Both the position numbers and the translations under genes were made by a program. A stretch of 64,000 nt of DNA from Camelus dromedarius (Eukaryota), in the NCBI RefSeq assembly GCF_036321535.1, contig NC_087436.1:42410001-42474000 (forward strand), in the 5' to 3' direction. Positions 13,165-24,789 of this stretch are shown here, piece by piece; the first letter of the stretch is position 1; the number at the start of each line of letters is the position of its first letter. The notes under the pieces are model-generated. The model was not told where the DNA came from and ran no database searches. It worked only from the letters and a program-made list of their open reading frames with translations.

Positions 13165-14493
13165 ATCTCTATCAGTTATCTAGTTCTCCTGGAGATGGTG
13201 TGCTCTTAATGATTTTATCAAGAGATCTTTGTGTCTTTGCCCTGTTTTGCAAACTCAGCTTGCTGTTTCTAGAGGCCCTCTCTTCGCGACCTCGCCTGTG
13301 CTGCTCCCAGTAGCTGTCAGATAGCAGATTGCGCCCTCTCCTAACACTGGGTCAGGAGCTGAGCTCTTACCTGGTGGGCGGGCGGGTCACTCCCCCTCCC
13401 CCTCCCGATACCACAGTCAGATGCTGTGCTTGGGGGAAGGCAGATGGGTGGATCGTGCCCCCTCCCAGCACCATGGTCAAGTGCTGCGTTCCTGCCAGGA
13501 AGGGGGGGGTGGCAGCCCACCCTCTCCCAGGGCCAGTGGCTCTGCTGCTCTGTGCAGCTGCCCGCTCTGCCTCGGGTCAATGCTCCGAAGGTGGGCTCAG
13601 GGAAGACTGCGGAACGGCCCTTCCCCTGCTCCATGCCAAATCTCAGCTCCTTGTTTGTCTTGGTGGGGCAAGTTCTCTGAGGTGCCAGGGCAGAAAAATC
13701 CTATCTGCCTTGGGCTGTAAACAAGTCTCAGTCCTGCCTAGGAGGTTGAGGAGCCCCCCGGTGCAGATTCAGGGCTCGGCCGGCCCCCACCTGGGCGCTG
13801 CACACAGGAGGACATGGCAGCTGTGGTTAGGCCCTGCCTCTCTTTTCACGAGAAGTGCCAGTAATGGCGGCACAGGTCTGAGGAGACAAAGGCTACAGCA
13901 CCCCTCCCACCAGGGCACACCAGTTGTGTTGCTTTGCTTTTTTCGCAATTTATGGGGGACAGAGGTTGTTCTGCTTCATATCCCCTCCCAGCCATGGCGT
14001 GCAGCACCCTGCAGTCCCCCGGGGCTGCCTCAGTGCAGCCGCCCCAGTCCTCTGCCCGGCTTGGGCAGACCATAATGGCCCCAGCTGCTGGCTCGCACCT
14101 TGGGCTGGGTGTTGCAGGGACCCTTTGTGCCCATTTTACTCAGTTCTGTTGGTCAAGGGGTTCTCGGGGCAGATCTGAGCCTCAGAGGCTCCCCTTCCGC
14201 CCTGCTGGCCTCTCCGTTGGAGGAGGGAGACCCAGCGAACGAGCACCAGTACTCCTTTGCCGCTCCCTCCTCACAGGATCGGTCCGGCACTGTTTTGCTT
14301 TTTCTTCTTTCTTTTTTCCTTTTCTCCTACCAGATTTTTGGCATCTTTGCCTTTCGAAGAGGGTGATGTTCTGTCAGAGTTCGGCAGGTGCTCTGGTTGG
14401 CTGAGTAGGTCCATAGATGTGAGTTTTGGTGTATTTGTGGTAGAGGGTGAGCTACAAGCATCCTTCTACTCCGCCATCTTGCTTCTCTCCCTC
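13165..14493 (-). promoter_or_regulatory. L1 5'UTR internal promoter, GC/CpG-rich, with YY1 site
   Basis: Only strongly GC-rich kilobase of the window; caagatggcgg (plus strand ccgccatcttg, 14471-14481) is the canonical YY1 motif about 13 nt from the L1 5' end. Confidence 0.85.
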
Positions 14494-15204
14494 GAAATTT
14501 CTTTTAATGCCCTGGGTGCACTGAAGGGTTGGTGAAGCAAACAGAATCATGCATACGGATCATGACATTCAACATGAAATGACTGGAAGACCCTCAGGTA
14601 ACATAACTGTGCAGTTTGGGGTCACATGTTACATAACTTGAGTTCCTGACACCAGGCACTTGAGGTAAAAGTGACAATTATATAGTCACATAACATTTTA
14701 ATCATCAAATACAATTCCAAAAGTAAGTTGAACTTCATGACCAAGTAAACAATGTGATGTGGTTAAGGAGAAGGGTGAGTTAATTCAGAAAACTCTCCAG
14801 ATCCATCTTGAACTTGAATGAAAGGAGAGGAATGAGATACGTTAGTTTCAGTATATAGACCTGTTTAGATAGACTAATTTGTGGGCCTTCAGTGTCAAAT
14901 GTTCTTTGTGGACTCATAAATTGAGTCATGCTTAATTTTGTCCAAGAAACATTTCCTACCTTATTTAGAAATAGGGCAATATTAGTTAGCACTTATAAAG
15001 TCTCACAGAACCAAGGATGATGCCAACACATTCTTCTATCAATTCACACTTGAATTTAATATTTAGTTCCAATGTTTGCTTATAAATGTCTTATTTACAT
15101 TAGATACTTACAGTGCTGTTTTTCTTGTTTTCAAAGATTTATTGCAAAGAGGTTAAGAAGGCAAACAATATACAACTGTTTAAACAAAAAATCTTTGCCA
15201 AGCC

Positions 15205-16006
15205 AAAACTGACAAACCTCTGGCCAGGCTCACCAAGAAGAAAAGAGAGAACACAAATAAACAAAATAAGGAAGGAAAATGGAGAAATTATAACCAATAC
15301 CACAGAAATACAAAAAACCGTAAGAGAATACTGTGAACAACTATATGGAAACAAATTGGACAACCTAGAAGAAATGGACAAGTTTCTGGAAACATACAGT
15401 CCACCAAGACTGAAACAAGAAGAAACAGACCACTTGAACAGACTGATCACTAGAAATGAAATAGAATCAGCAATAAAAAAAAAAAAAACTCCCTATAAAC
15501 AAAAGTCCAGAACCAGATGGCCCCACTGGGGAATTCTACCAAACATACAAAGAAGAACTCATACTGATCCTTCTCAAACTCTTCCAAAAGACTGAAAATG
15601 AGAGAGCATTCCCATACTCATTCTATGAAGCCACCATTACCCTGATACCAAAACCAGACAGAGACAATATCAAAAAAGAAAATGACAGGCCAATATAATT
15701 GATGAACATAGATGCAAAAATCCTCAACAAAATATTAGCAAATAGAACCTAACAGCACATAATAAAAATCATACACCATGATCAAGTTGGATTCATACCA
15801 GGGACACAAGGATGGTTCAACATACACAAATCAGTGTGATACACCACATCAACAAAGGAAAGGCCAAAAATCATGTGATCATCTCAATTAATGCAGAAAA
15901 AGCATGCGATAAAATTCAACACCCATTTATGATAAAAACTCTTACCAAAGTGAGTATAGAGGGAACATATCTCAACATAATAAAAGCTATTTATGACAAA
16001 CCCACA
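15205..16006 (+). mobile_element. Young L1 ORF2 internal fragment (linker + N-terminal RT), no 3' end, no polyA, no TSD seen
   Basis: TQINKIRKENGEIITNTTEIQKTVREYCEQLYGNKLDNLEEMDKFLETY (ORF 15113-15595) and [36 protein letters not shown]…[10 protein letters not shown] (ORF 15812-16018); stops abruptly at gacaaacccaca. Confidence 0.93.
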
Positions 16007-16613
16007 TTTCTAATTTAAGTCCACAACCTTAAATTTTTGTCAGAAACTAGAGGTTCCTGTTAGTCAATAGTTAAGCTGTACCAATGTTTTTGAAAATCAA
16101 TTAAATCTTCACAACCCACTTTTTTATTCCAGCTGCTACTTCCAAGGAAATATTTACATTAGAACATAGAAAACTATCACATAACGAAGAGTTCGTAAAG
16201 AATTGGGGACAATCTCCTACAAACCATAGTGTATAAGATGTGTTCTTTTTGTCTAAATCCAAGGGGAAGGTCTAAAATTCCCCCTATCTAAGAAGGATGA
16301 GGCATACATCAACAGTGCTAAGGAATGTATATATTTTTGTTTTGGCTCTAGTTTGCAGGTGTTAGTGGGGCATGTTTTCATAGGAAGAAAGTGTGTTTCC
16401 TGAGTTTTCAACATTTGTGGGAAAATGTGTGAAAGGACACAGAAACAAAAATACTACAGCAGGAGAATAACAGTCCAAGTGAGTTATTTTTCCCTTTATT
16501 AAAAAAATTGAAAACACTACTTTCTTACAAGTTAAATCTTGAACGAGACAGTCAAGAATACAGAGTTAGAAGACAGACATAGCTATGTTCAGGTGAAGAC
16601 CAGGACTGAAGTA

Positions 16614-17032
16614 CAGGCATACTTCAGAGATATTGTGGGTTCTGTTCCAGACCACCACAATAAAGTGAATATTGCAATAAAGTGAGACACAGGATTTTTG
16701 GTCTCTCAGTGCATATAAAAGTTATGTTTACACTATACTGTAGTGTATTAAGTGTGCAATAAAATAGTATTAGGTCTCAAAAAACAACATACATTCTCTA
16801 ATTAAAAAATATTAACCATCAACTGAGTCTTCAGCAAGTTGTAATCATTTTGCTGGTGGATAGTTTAAAATATTACCAGAATTACTAAAACTTAACACAG
16901 AGATAGGAAGTGAGCAAATGTTATTGAAAAGAGAATGCCAATAGACTTGCTTGATGCAGGATTGCCACAGACTCTCATTTTGTAAGAAATGACTATCTGT
17001 GAAGCATAGTAAAATGAAGCAAGGTATGGCTG
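16614..17032 (+). mobile_element. Internally deleted Tigger1 MITE (Tigger1a_Art-like, TcMar-Tigger)
   Basis: TA then TIR caggcatacttcagagatattgtgggttctgttccagaccaccacaataaag…; right end …gacttgcttgatgcaggattgccaca…aaggtatggctg. Confidence 0.85.
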
Positions 17033-17044
17033 AATAGCCTTAAA

Positions 17045-18340
17045 CAGATCAGAAATTCTTTCTAGACCAAGGAGAGAGCCCAGGAAAAGGTCCATATATG
17101 TGGATACAGTGTAAAACAAAAGATATAGTGCAGGGAAAGGAGGGAATATTCAATAAATTGTGCTGAGAGTAGTAGTTAACCAGAAGAAGAAAGAAATTGA
17201 ACATTAATCTCACAACAGTATAATGATCAATTTTAGGTAGATTAAAGGCTTATAAAAGGCAAAACTTTAAACCTTTAGGAAGAAAATATAAGAAAAGAAT
17301 TCCTTTGTTGTTTACTCCACATAAGAATTTTTTTCCAAGGGAACACAAAAAGTACTGCCCATTAACATGTTAATAAATGTGCTTATATTAAAATGAAGAA
17401 CTTCCATTCAATAAAATATATCTTTCTTCCCACCACCCACACTTGTAAAAAGAAAAATTACAAACTACAAACCGGAGTCAGGTATTTGTTAATACGTATG
17501 ACTGGCCAAGGATTCATAAACCAGAATATATAAAGAAAATGTTCAAATAAGGTTTTTAAAAAGACAAAAAAAATCTAAAAAGAGAATGAGTAATAGAATA
17601 GCCATTTCACAGAAGAAAAAGCCCAGATGAATAATAAATATATAAAAATATATTCAACCTTAGTGATTAGGGAAATGTAAATTAAAACCAAAATGATTTA
17701 TGTGTACTAGACCAGAAAAAAATATTTTAACTATCCTGAGCTTTGGAAAATTTGTAGGTGAACAGGAACTCTTATGCACTGAGGTGCGAATGTAAAATGA
17801 TACAATCACTTTGGAAAACAATTTAAAATTATTTTTTAGTGAATATTCACATACACAAAGCCCATCAATTCAACTCCTCAATATATGCTCTAGAGAAATT
17901 AATGAAAATGTGTATCAAAAGACAAATGCAAAAAAAACTTAGTACCATTCACATCACTTATTTATCACTACTCATTATGGAAAAATATTGAAAGCAACAC
18001 CAGCATCCAAAAATAGGAGAACTGAGCATAAATTGTAATAGTTCACACAGCTGAATATCACACAGCAATGAAAAAAAGCCATATGGAGTAAAATGGATGG
18101 CTCTTAGAAACATACTTTTGAATGGGAAAAGTCATAAAAACAACATATATAGGATGATACTATTTTTACAAAGCTAAAACACAAGCAAAACTAAGTAATA
18201 TATTATTAAGAGATGCATACATGTGTGATGAAACAATTTTAACAAATATAAAGAAAGCAATAAACACAAACATAAACATACTGGTTATCTTCCAGGTGTG
18301 GTGGGGATATATAGGAGAATGAGACAGTGGAGAAGCCACT
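17045..18340 (+). mobile_element. Old L1ME-type ORF2 3' part and 3'UTR
   Basis: attcaataaattgtgctg; ttaggaagaaaatata; ccagaatatataaagaa; attagggaaatgtaaattaaaacca; tacaatcactttggaaaaca. Confidence 0.75.
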
Positions 18341-20029
18341 TACATGTATACAACATGTAGTCTTTCGTTTATCCAAATTATATAGTAATATAAAACTGGA
18401 CCAAACAAACTTTATAGCCTAATCAGAACCGGCAGTCTAGGAGCTTATATAAGGGGCCTTTGTTTGAAGTGATACGGGTTCCTAGAATTTCTGAGGCATA
18501 TTTTTCCTCAGAGCATCATCTTTGGTAATACATAGTTGGCTTCTTAAACAATGGCAAAGGGAGGCACAAAAGCTTACCATAGTCGGGGAACTTGCATGCT
18601 TCCAGTGCCAAAATTCTCCTCTGCAGTGCTTAGTTAACTCAGCCTAACCTGGGTTCTTTCCCAATTTGAGGGATGGCCTAACCTGGGTAATGTTACAGAA
18701 TTATACCCTAATTTTCTCAACCCTATTTAAATTGAATTTATGATAATGAATTTGGTTATAAGCTAGTATTTTTTGTTTAAATGTATCATGTCCAATTATT
18801 TTTACATATAGCTAGCTCTATTTATAATATTATTATATTCTTCCAATTAATTGAAGCATTATAATAAAAATTGCTGTTTTGTTTTCTTATTAGAAATCAC
18901 AGACCAAATTAATTATAAGAAGGAGGCCAAATCAATTCCAACCTTACCAAATTAATTAGGATAAATCAGTGTTACCTATCTTTGTTTCTCATTCTTTGAG
19001 AATTCATGTGCATAGTTACAAAATGTATAAAATTTTTAGCATATTTTATGTATCTTTTTTTTTTTTTCTGAGCACATTCAACCAAGGATTTATAAGAATT
19101 CTACTCTTGTAATTTTCCTCTAGGTCCTGTTAAAAATCCATGAATATGGCTTCTTAAATTCCTATTGTTGCTTTCTTAGCCAGGTTGGGTTTGCATATTC
19201 CCAATCACGTCAGTGCTACATTCTCAATGATGTTGTCCTCTTTTCTTGCATATTGCACATACCTTCTCTACAAAAGATTAGGCTAGGTATCCCAGGGTAC
19301 AGAAGGTTACACCATATGTAGCCAAGAAGTATAGTGAATAGGGAGGCTTAACATGCCTGTACACTTCAGCACAAGAGGGAGGCACAGGCCCTAAACTAAT
19401 GGCAATATGACAAAAATTCTTCCAATGTAACCAAATGCTGAGTTCAGCTCCTTTAGAGAGCAAGCATTCACTGGAAGGCCTGAGGTAAACTCCCCAGTTG
19501 AAGGGAGAACAAAAGAGAGGTCTGAGCCTGTGTCCTGCTTTGGGCCATGAGTGGGAGGAAGAATAAACAGAGGAGAAACTTGCAGAGCAGACAGTTTTAT
19601 AAAATGGTTCTAATTGGTTTGCTCAAGAAGAGGGTATACTAAAATAGGCTGTGGATGGCTTTTTAGAATTCTAATTTTTTGAGATTCCTCTCAGTGGTCT
19701 ATAAATTGATATCAATGAGGAACATCTGTCATGAGAATAATACTTGTTTAACCCTAGTTGTGACCAGAGACAACAAAGAACAACAGTAAAAGTAAGAACA
19801 ATAGTGAATTAGCAGAATTTGTGCATTCAGTATAGTAACTGGTGAGAAGTCGTGATGATGGAACTCCAGAAAACCTCAGTATCTTTCATTTCTTTGATTG
19901 ACTTTTGCTGCTTTTTTCCAACTCACAAGTATGAAAAAGTAAACCCTACAGACTATTTACAGAAGATACTTATATAATATTTTAAACCCTTTGGTCTGAT
20001 TCATTGACTAGATTTCAATTTAAATGCCC

Positions 20030-20242
20030 TTCCTCCATCTGCCCACAGTACCATATAGATCTCTCAATGTAGCGTTTATGCATATCACTGTAAGAACATC
20101 TGACTGCCTCCCATCAGAATGGAATGCAAACTCTATGAACATAGCAATCATATCTCTGTTGCTTACCATGGTATCTTTAGACTTTAATGAAGTTCCTAGA
20201 ACATGAGTGTTGCTTAGAAAATATTTTTGCATGAATGAATAA
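20030..20242 (+). mobile_element. L2 3' end
   Basis: gaatgcaaactctatgaacatagcaatcatatctctgttgcttaccatggtatc…cctagaacatgag…tgaatgaat tail. Confidence 0.65.
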
Positions 20243-20604
20243 GTGACAGCATTCTGAAGATGATTCTACTTAAACATAAGCACAGTGACGTCAATCATTA
20301 TTTCTAAATTGTAGGTTATACAGTTTTCTGAAACTATCTCCAATCATACATTCAGTAGTATCCTGTGTTCAGTTTATCCAAATGCTCACAATCTCTGCAC
20401 TGCCTCATTCCATGATACTTCACACATCAAAGTCTAAATAAGATGCCCCTGGGTTTATGCATTACCAGCCCAATGGCCACACACGGCACCCTGACCTATG
20501 CTGGCCTAGAGTACCACTGAAGACCATAATGGAAGAACGGGGGCACACAGTTTAAGAGCACAAAAAAATGTGTGTTTTAAAAAGAGTAATTTTCATTAGA
20601 TATG

Positions 20605-20635
20605 TTTTTTTTTGGGGGGGGAGGTAATGGTTTAT
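20605..20635 (-). mobile_element. Possible tail-only remnant of a camelid tRNA-derived SINE (Vic-1-like)
   Basis: T-run + ggggggggaggtaat resembles my recollection of the reverse-complemented tail of camelid SINEs; body absent, too short to be sure. Confidence 0.2.
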
Positions 20636-21740
20636 AAGATGTGACTCTGTCCTAGTTAAGATTCAACAAAATTATCAATTCAACAAATGTTTTCCCACTT
20701 TCACTCGAATTATATCAACCATTGTAGAGAACATGCAGTCCTGTTCATTCAGCTTTTATTCACATCTCCAACTACAGTTGTGACCCCTTCTTCTGAAATC
20801 ATTCTAATTCATTTTGTTTACACAACTCTCTGACAGGGCATCCTAACACATGAAACAGGTTACCATTTTACACATACATGTTCTCATTCCTAAAATCTTG
20901 GGCTACTGCACATCTTGTTGTGTCCTCCTAAACACTCAGCTCTGCGATTTATGAGAGGGGGTACAGACTACTTAAAAGCTGAGGGGCCTGGCCTCAGGCA
21001 TGACTGGATCCAGGGATTGTATCATTATTGTCAGAAGCTTTTACTTTTTCTTCTGTCCAACTCTCATCTCTTCTTTTCTTTATCTTTATTCTTAATTTTC
21101 TCTACACGATGAACAAAAAGGCTTTGATACACCCTCATTTCCACCCTCCCTTTTAAATGTGTACATAGGATTCATACCTACATTTCAACCACTATTAACC
21201 TTAGTCATTTTATTGAAAAAATTCATATGCCTATCATCATACTGCAATAAAAAATCCCTTTAGAGTACTCAGAATTGAGGTAGAACAGAGTATCGAAATA
21301 GATTTGTCCTAGAACCCAAACTCTCAGAAATATCCTACATGCACAGTGTCTTTCATGCTACAGCAGAATGATTCTTTTTTTGAAGCAGTATAGTAAATAA
21401 AACCTGTTTCACCACATTCAGATTATGTTATGGTGCAGAATAATTCACTCGCTTTCCTTCCTTATCAGTACACACTTTTGTTTCTGTGCTTGGAAAAATT
21501 GGTGTGAAGTCTGTTTCAAATGGAATGTTTCTGTGTGCTGCATCTTTCTGGAAACACGGATTCCTGAGGTAACGAGGGAGGAAAGTAATCATATCAGCAA
21601 CTGTGAAAAGAAGCCCTTTTTGCCTATGTATGGTCATATACAATTTCTATAGTAAATAGCTTAGGTTATTATTTCTGCAACTTAGCTGTTTATGTAAAAT
21701 AGAGGCTTATTGTTCAAGAGTTGGTATCTGTGTTTTTCAG

Positions 21741-21863
21741 CTGCTGCTTCTCTTTGGAGAACTGTCTGAGGGATGAAAAACAGAAAGCACAGTCCCAGAT
21801 GGCAAATGCCGCATTTATATTGGCATGAAAACACAGAAAGCACATCCAGCACTTGCCATCCTG
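21741..21863 (+). other. Candidate 123-nt exon (non-coding or 5'UTR/first coding) in a repeat-free island
   Basis: Acceptor tctgtgtttttcag| (AG 21739-40), consensus donor ctg|gtaagt (GT 21864-65); upstream donor gag|gtaacg at 21569; all three frames contain stops. No transcript evidence available. Confidence 0.3.
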
Positions 21864-22599
21864 GTAAGTGCCCCGAGAGCAGGCGCAAGCCCAGACAGTA
21901 ATGCACATCTCCCAGCTAATACGTGCTTAGGTATGCACCAGGCACACCCCAATGTGTCACACCGTCTTCCACTGTCCTGGTTCTTCCCAGTGAACGGGTC
22001 AGAATGGAGACGACATGATGGGGGGGAAGTGACATCGCAAAATGAAGAAGGCTCTAAGGCAGCCAAACTAGGGTTAAAGGATGCCTGTCTAAGTGGAAAG
22101 TGTGTGAAAAAGCAGCTCTGGTGTCATTTCTTGCCAAATACTCTCAGCAGCTCATGGAGATCAGAAATATGCCTGAAAGGGAAATAAGTATCTGTGCAAC
22201 TTTGATTTGATAAGTGGTGCGTCTATCAAATCTCTATTTCAAATTATGCTGCACCATTCCAGGAGGGTATCATTGTTCCCTCCTCTTGAATTCTCCTCTG
22301 CTGACACCTAGCATCCTGTCAGTCATTAGCGCAGATGACTCTGTGTGGCCATACAGGTGCTGAGTGCAGACAACTGTCTCCTGGCTTTAGGATGGTTGTC
22401 AGCACTTATGCCATTTCTGTGGCTCCGTCATCCTTCAGAGGCTGCATTCTCCTGAGCATGGTGGGAAAATTTATACCTTCACTTAATATTTTGAACTATC
22501 TTTTATAAATCAGAAAACTCATGATACTCTTTATGAGTTCATTTATTGTGCATCGTGAATTATAAATACTTTAATGTTGTTATATAATAGGTTGCATGC

Positions 22600-23176
22600 T
22601 GTATTAGCTTTTCGATTGATGCCCCACACCACTGCCATAAATTTAGCAATTAACAAAAATCCTCCCATTCATGACCTAACAGTTCTTCGGTCAGCAATCT
22701 GAAGGGGTCTCATCAAGGTGCTGGCAGGGTTGCATTCCTATCTGGACTCTCTGGAGAGAATCTGTTTCCTTGCTCATTCAGGTTGTTGGCAGAATTCTTT
22801 CTCATTATAGGATTGACATCCTCCTTTCACTGGTGACTGTTTAGAGCCACCTGAATTCCTTGACTCATGGCCTCCTTCCGTCTTCAAAGCCAGCAACTCT
22901 AGGCCAAGTTGCTCTCATGCTTCAGATCTCTCCTGTTTCTTCTTTCCCGGTCACATTTCTCACTGAGTCCTCTGTCTTCCTCTTTCATTTAAGAATTCAT
23001 GTGATTACACTGGAACCACCCGGGTAATCCTGGGTAATTTCTCCTTTTTAAGGTCAGCTAATTAGTAACTTTAGTTCCATCTGCAAAAATCCCTTTTGTT
23101 ATGTAAGGTAACATATTTACAGGTTCTGAGGATTAGGGTGTAGACATGTCGGAGCGCTGTTATCTGGCCTACCACA
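22600..23176 (-). mobile_element. MLT1D/E-type MaLR solo LTR
   Basis: tgtattagc…tcaaggtgctggcagggttgcattcc…gagaatctgtttccttgc…cttcaaagccagcaa…gtgattacactgg…aggattagggtgtagacat…cctaccaca; TG…CA termini. Confidence 0.85.
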
Positions 23177-24789
23177 AACACTTACAAAAATCTCTTATTT
23201 AAAACACTTACTCACATAAAGACTGATTTTCATAAATTGTTACATATAATAACCCCAGTCAGTGATATGTACATAATATTAAACTTTTCCCTTTGACTTC
23301 TTTTCCTACAAAATACTGGTTATTATTTTTCTCTGTTGGAAATATCTAGGAAGGAGCTAAATTTCTGTAACTCTTTGTTTCAATCCCTGAAGCTTCTCAG
23401 GGGATAAAGTAAAAAAGAATTGTTTGACATTTGTAGCTTATTACTTTACTGCATTCATTTAGCACATTCACAAACCCTTCCAACAATCTTGAAAGGTTCT
23501 TCTAGCAGTCACCTAGCTAATGCCTTTCCTTCTGCCTCACCTCATCTACTTCTTGGCAGATATTACCTAAATTTAGCTATTCTCAGCAGAGAGGAATCTC
23601 CATGCTTATTTAATGACAGCATGGCTCTGAAGCTTCAGTCTGTCATTTTTTTTGCTCATGCATATCATACTTTACTGTCAGGAAATCTTTCTTTGTATTT
23701 AACCCAAAGAATTCCTGACATAATTTAAAGATTTTTAACTTCCTCTTTTAAAAAGTAGTGGATTCATCCCTTAAGTGCTAATGAAATTTTATAGTTCTTC
23801 TGATCTCTTCTCCCTAAAAAGTATTTTCAAATCCCAGAAGTTTCAGTAGCATCAAAATAACACCCGTAGGAAATCACTACTATTAAATATTGTGTAATGC
23901 CAAAATACATTTGTCAATAATACTATGACAAATTATTAATGAACAGAATCTTTGTGAGTAGAACTTGCTAGTCAAAATATCAATATAAAAATGCAACTAA
24001 GAAACATAAAACTATTTTTGTGCCTCTAGTTAACAAAGAACAAATTTTGTGTAAGGAAATGTGAATTCTTTTGACTCCACCACTAATTTTAAAAAACATA
24101 CTTAATTAAAAAACAGGTGTTGGCTAGCTCCTATGAATTCTTTCTGTGTCCAGGGAGTGGAAATGACAAGGAAATTCTACAATTTGGATTAAGAAATACT
24201 TAGCTGCAGAAAAAGAAGGCTACTAGGAGTCACGTCAAATTCCTTCTAGTCTAGAGAATTCTACACTTATGAATTCCTACAGCATTTTATCTGAACTTCA
24301 TTGATGGCGCTTTTCACTAAGTATATTGTGCAATAATTGTTGTGAATATGTGTATCTTATATGGAATAAACTTTGGAATCACAGAGCCATTGATATGAGT
24401 CCTGATTTTAGCCCTCCAGTTCATGTCAAGCCCTTTTCATATAGAAGATTAAAACAGAGTTTCTGCTCTCAGCTTAGTTTGGAACTCCAGTTCAGTGAGG
24501 ATAAAGGCTGTATTGGAAATATTCATAGGTGTCACATAAGCTCAGAGGCAGCTAACTGTCTGCCAGTAAAGATTTATGCAGGAGGTAACTGCAATGGTTT
24601 TAGCAAGGTGAAGAAAGACCTGGGGGCAGGGTAGGTGTCCTTGTAACAGGAAACAACACAAATAAATGTAGGGAGATAGCAAACATCCTTTTAGAGTGGT
24701 GTTAAGGATGCTTATAATGTGAGGTAAAAGACTATAAAGGTAGAGAGGTAGGCAAGAACCTGATGCTGGATTCCCCAGTGTACTAGACT

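Larger units (their letters stand above)
11449..14493 (-). mobile_element. Young lineage-specific L1 derivative with full 5'UTR, ORF1, ORF2 almost wholly deleted, 3'UTR and polyA (HAL1/half-L1-like structure)
   Basis: Sense 5' end gagggagagaagcaagatggcggagtag; ORF1 13164-12262; junction at ~12119 to ORF2 C-terminus; AATAAA at 11461-11456 followed by A tail; TSD gaaatttttttt (11437-11448) / gaaatttctttt (14494-14505) followed by aa (TTTT/AA endonuclease site). Confidence 0.95.

Noticed and set aside
13329..14535. Cluster of long ORFs (248, 156, 99 aa etc.) antisense to the L1 5'UTR, superficially ORF0-like
   Set aside because: Overlapping ORFs in several frames, often with non-ATG starts and Pro/Gly/Ala/Cys-rich composition, are expected in GC-rich sequence; no recognisable domain, and ORF0 is described from primates.
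15113..15595. 160-aa ORF as a possible chimeric gene
   Set aside because: Frameshifted L1 ORF2 fragment fused by chance to flanking DNA with a GTG start.
21825..22187. 120-aa ATG-initiated ORF in unique DNA
   Set aside because: No recognisable homology; runs through a consensus splice donor; treated only as part of the candidate-exon finding.
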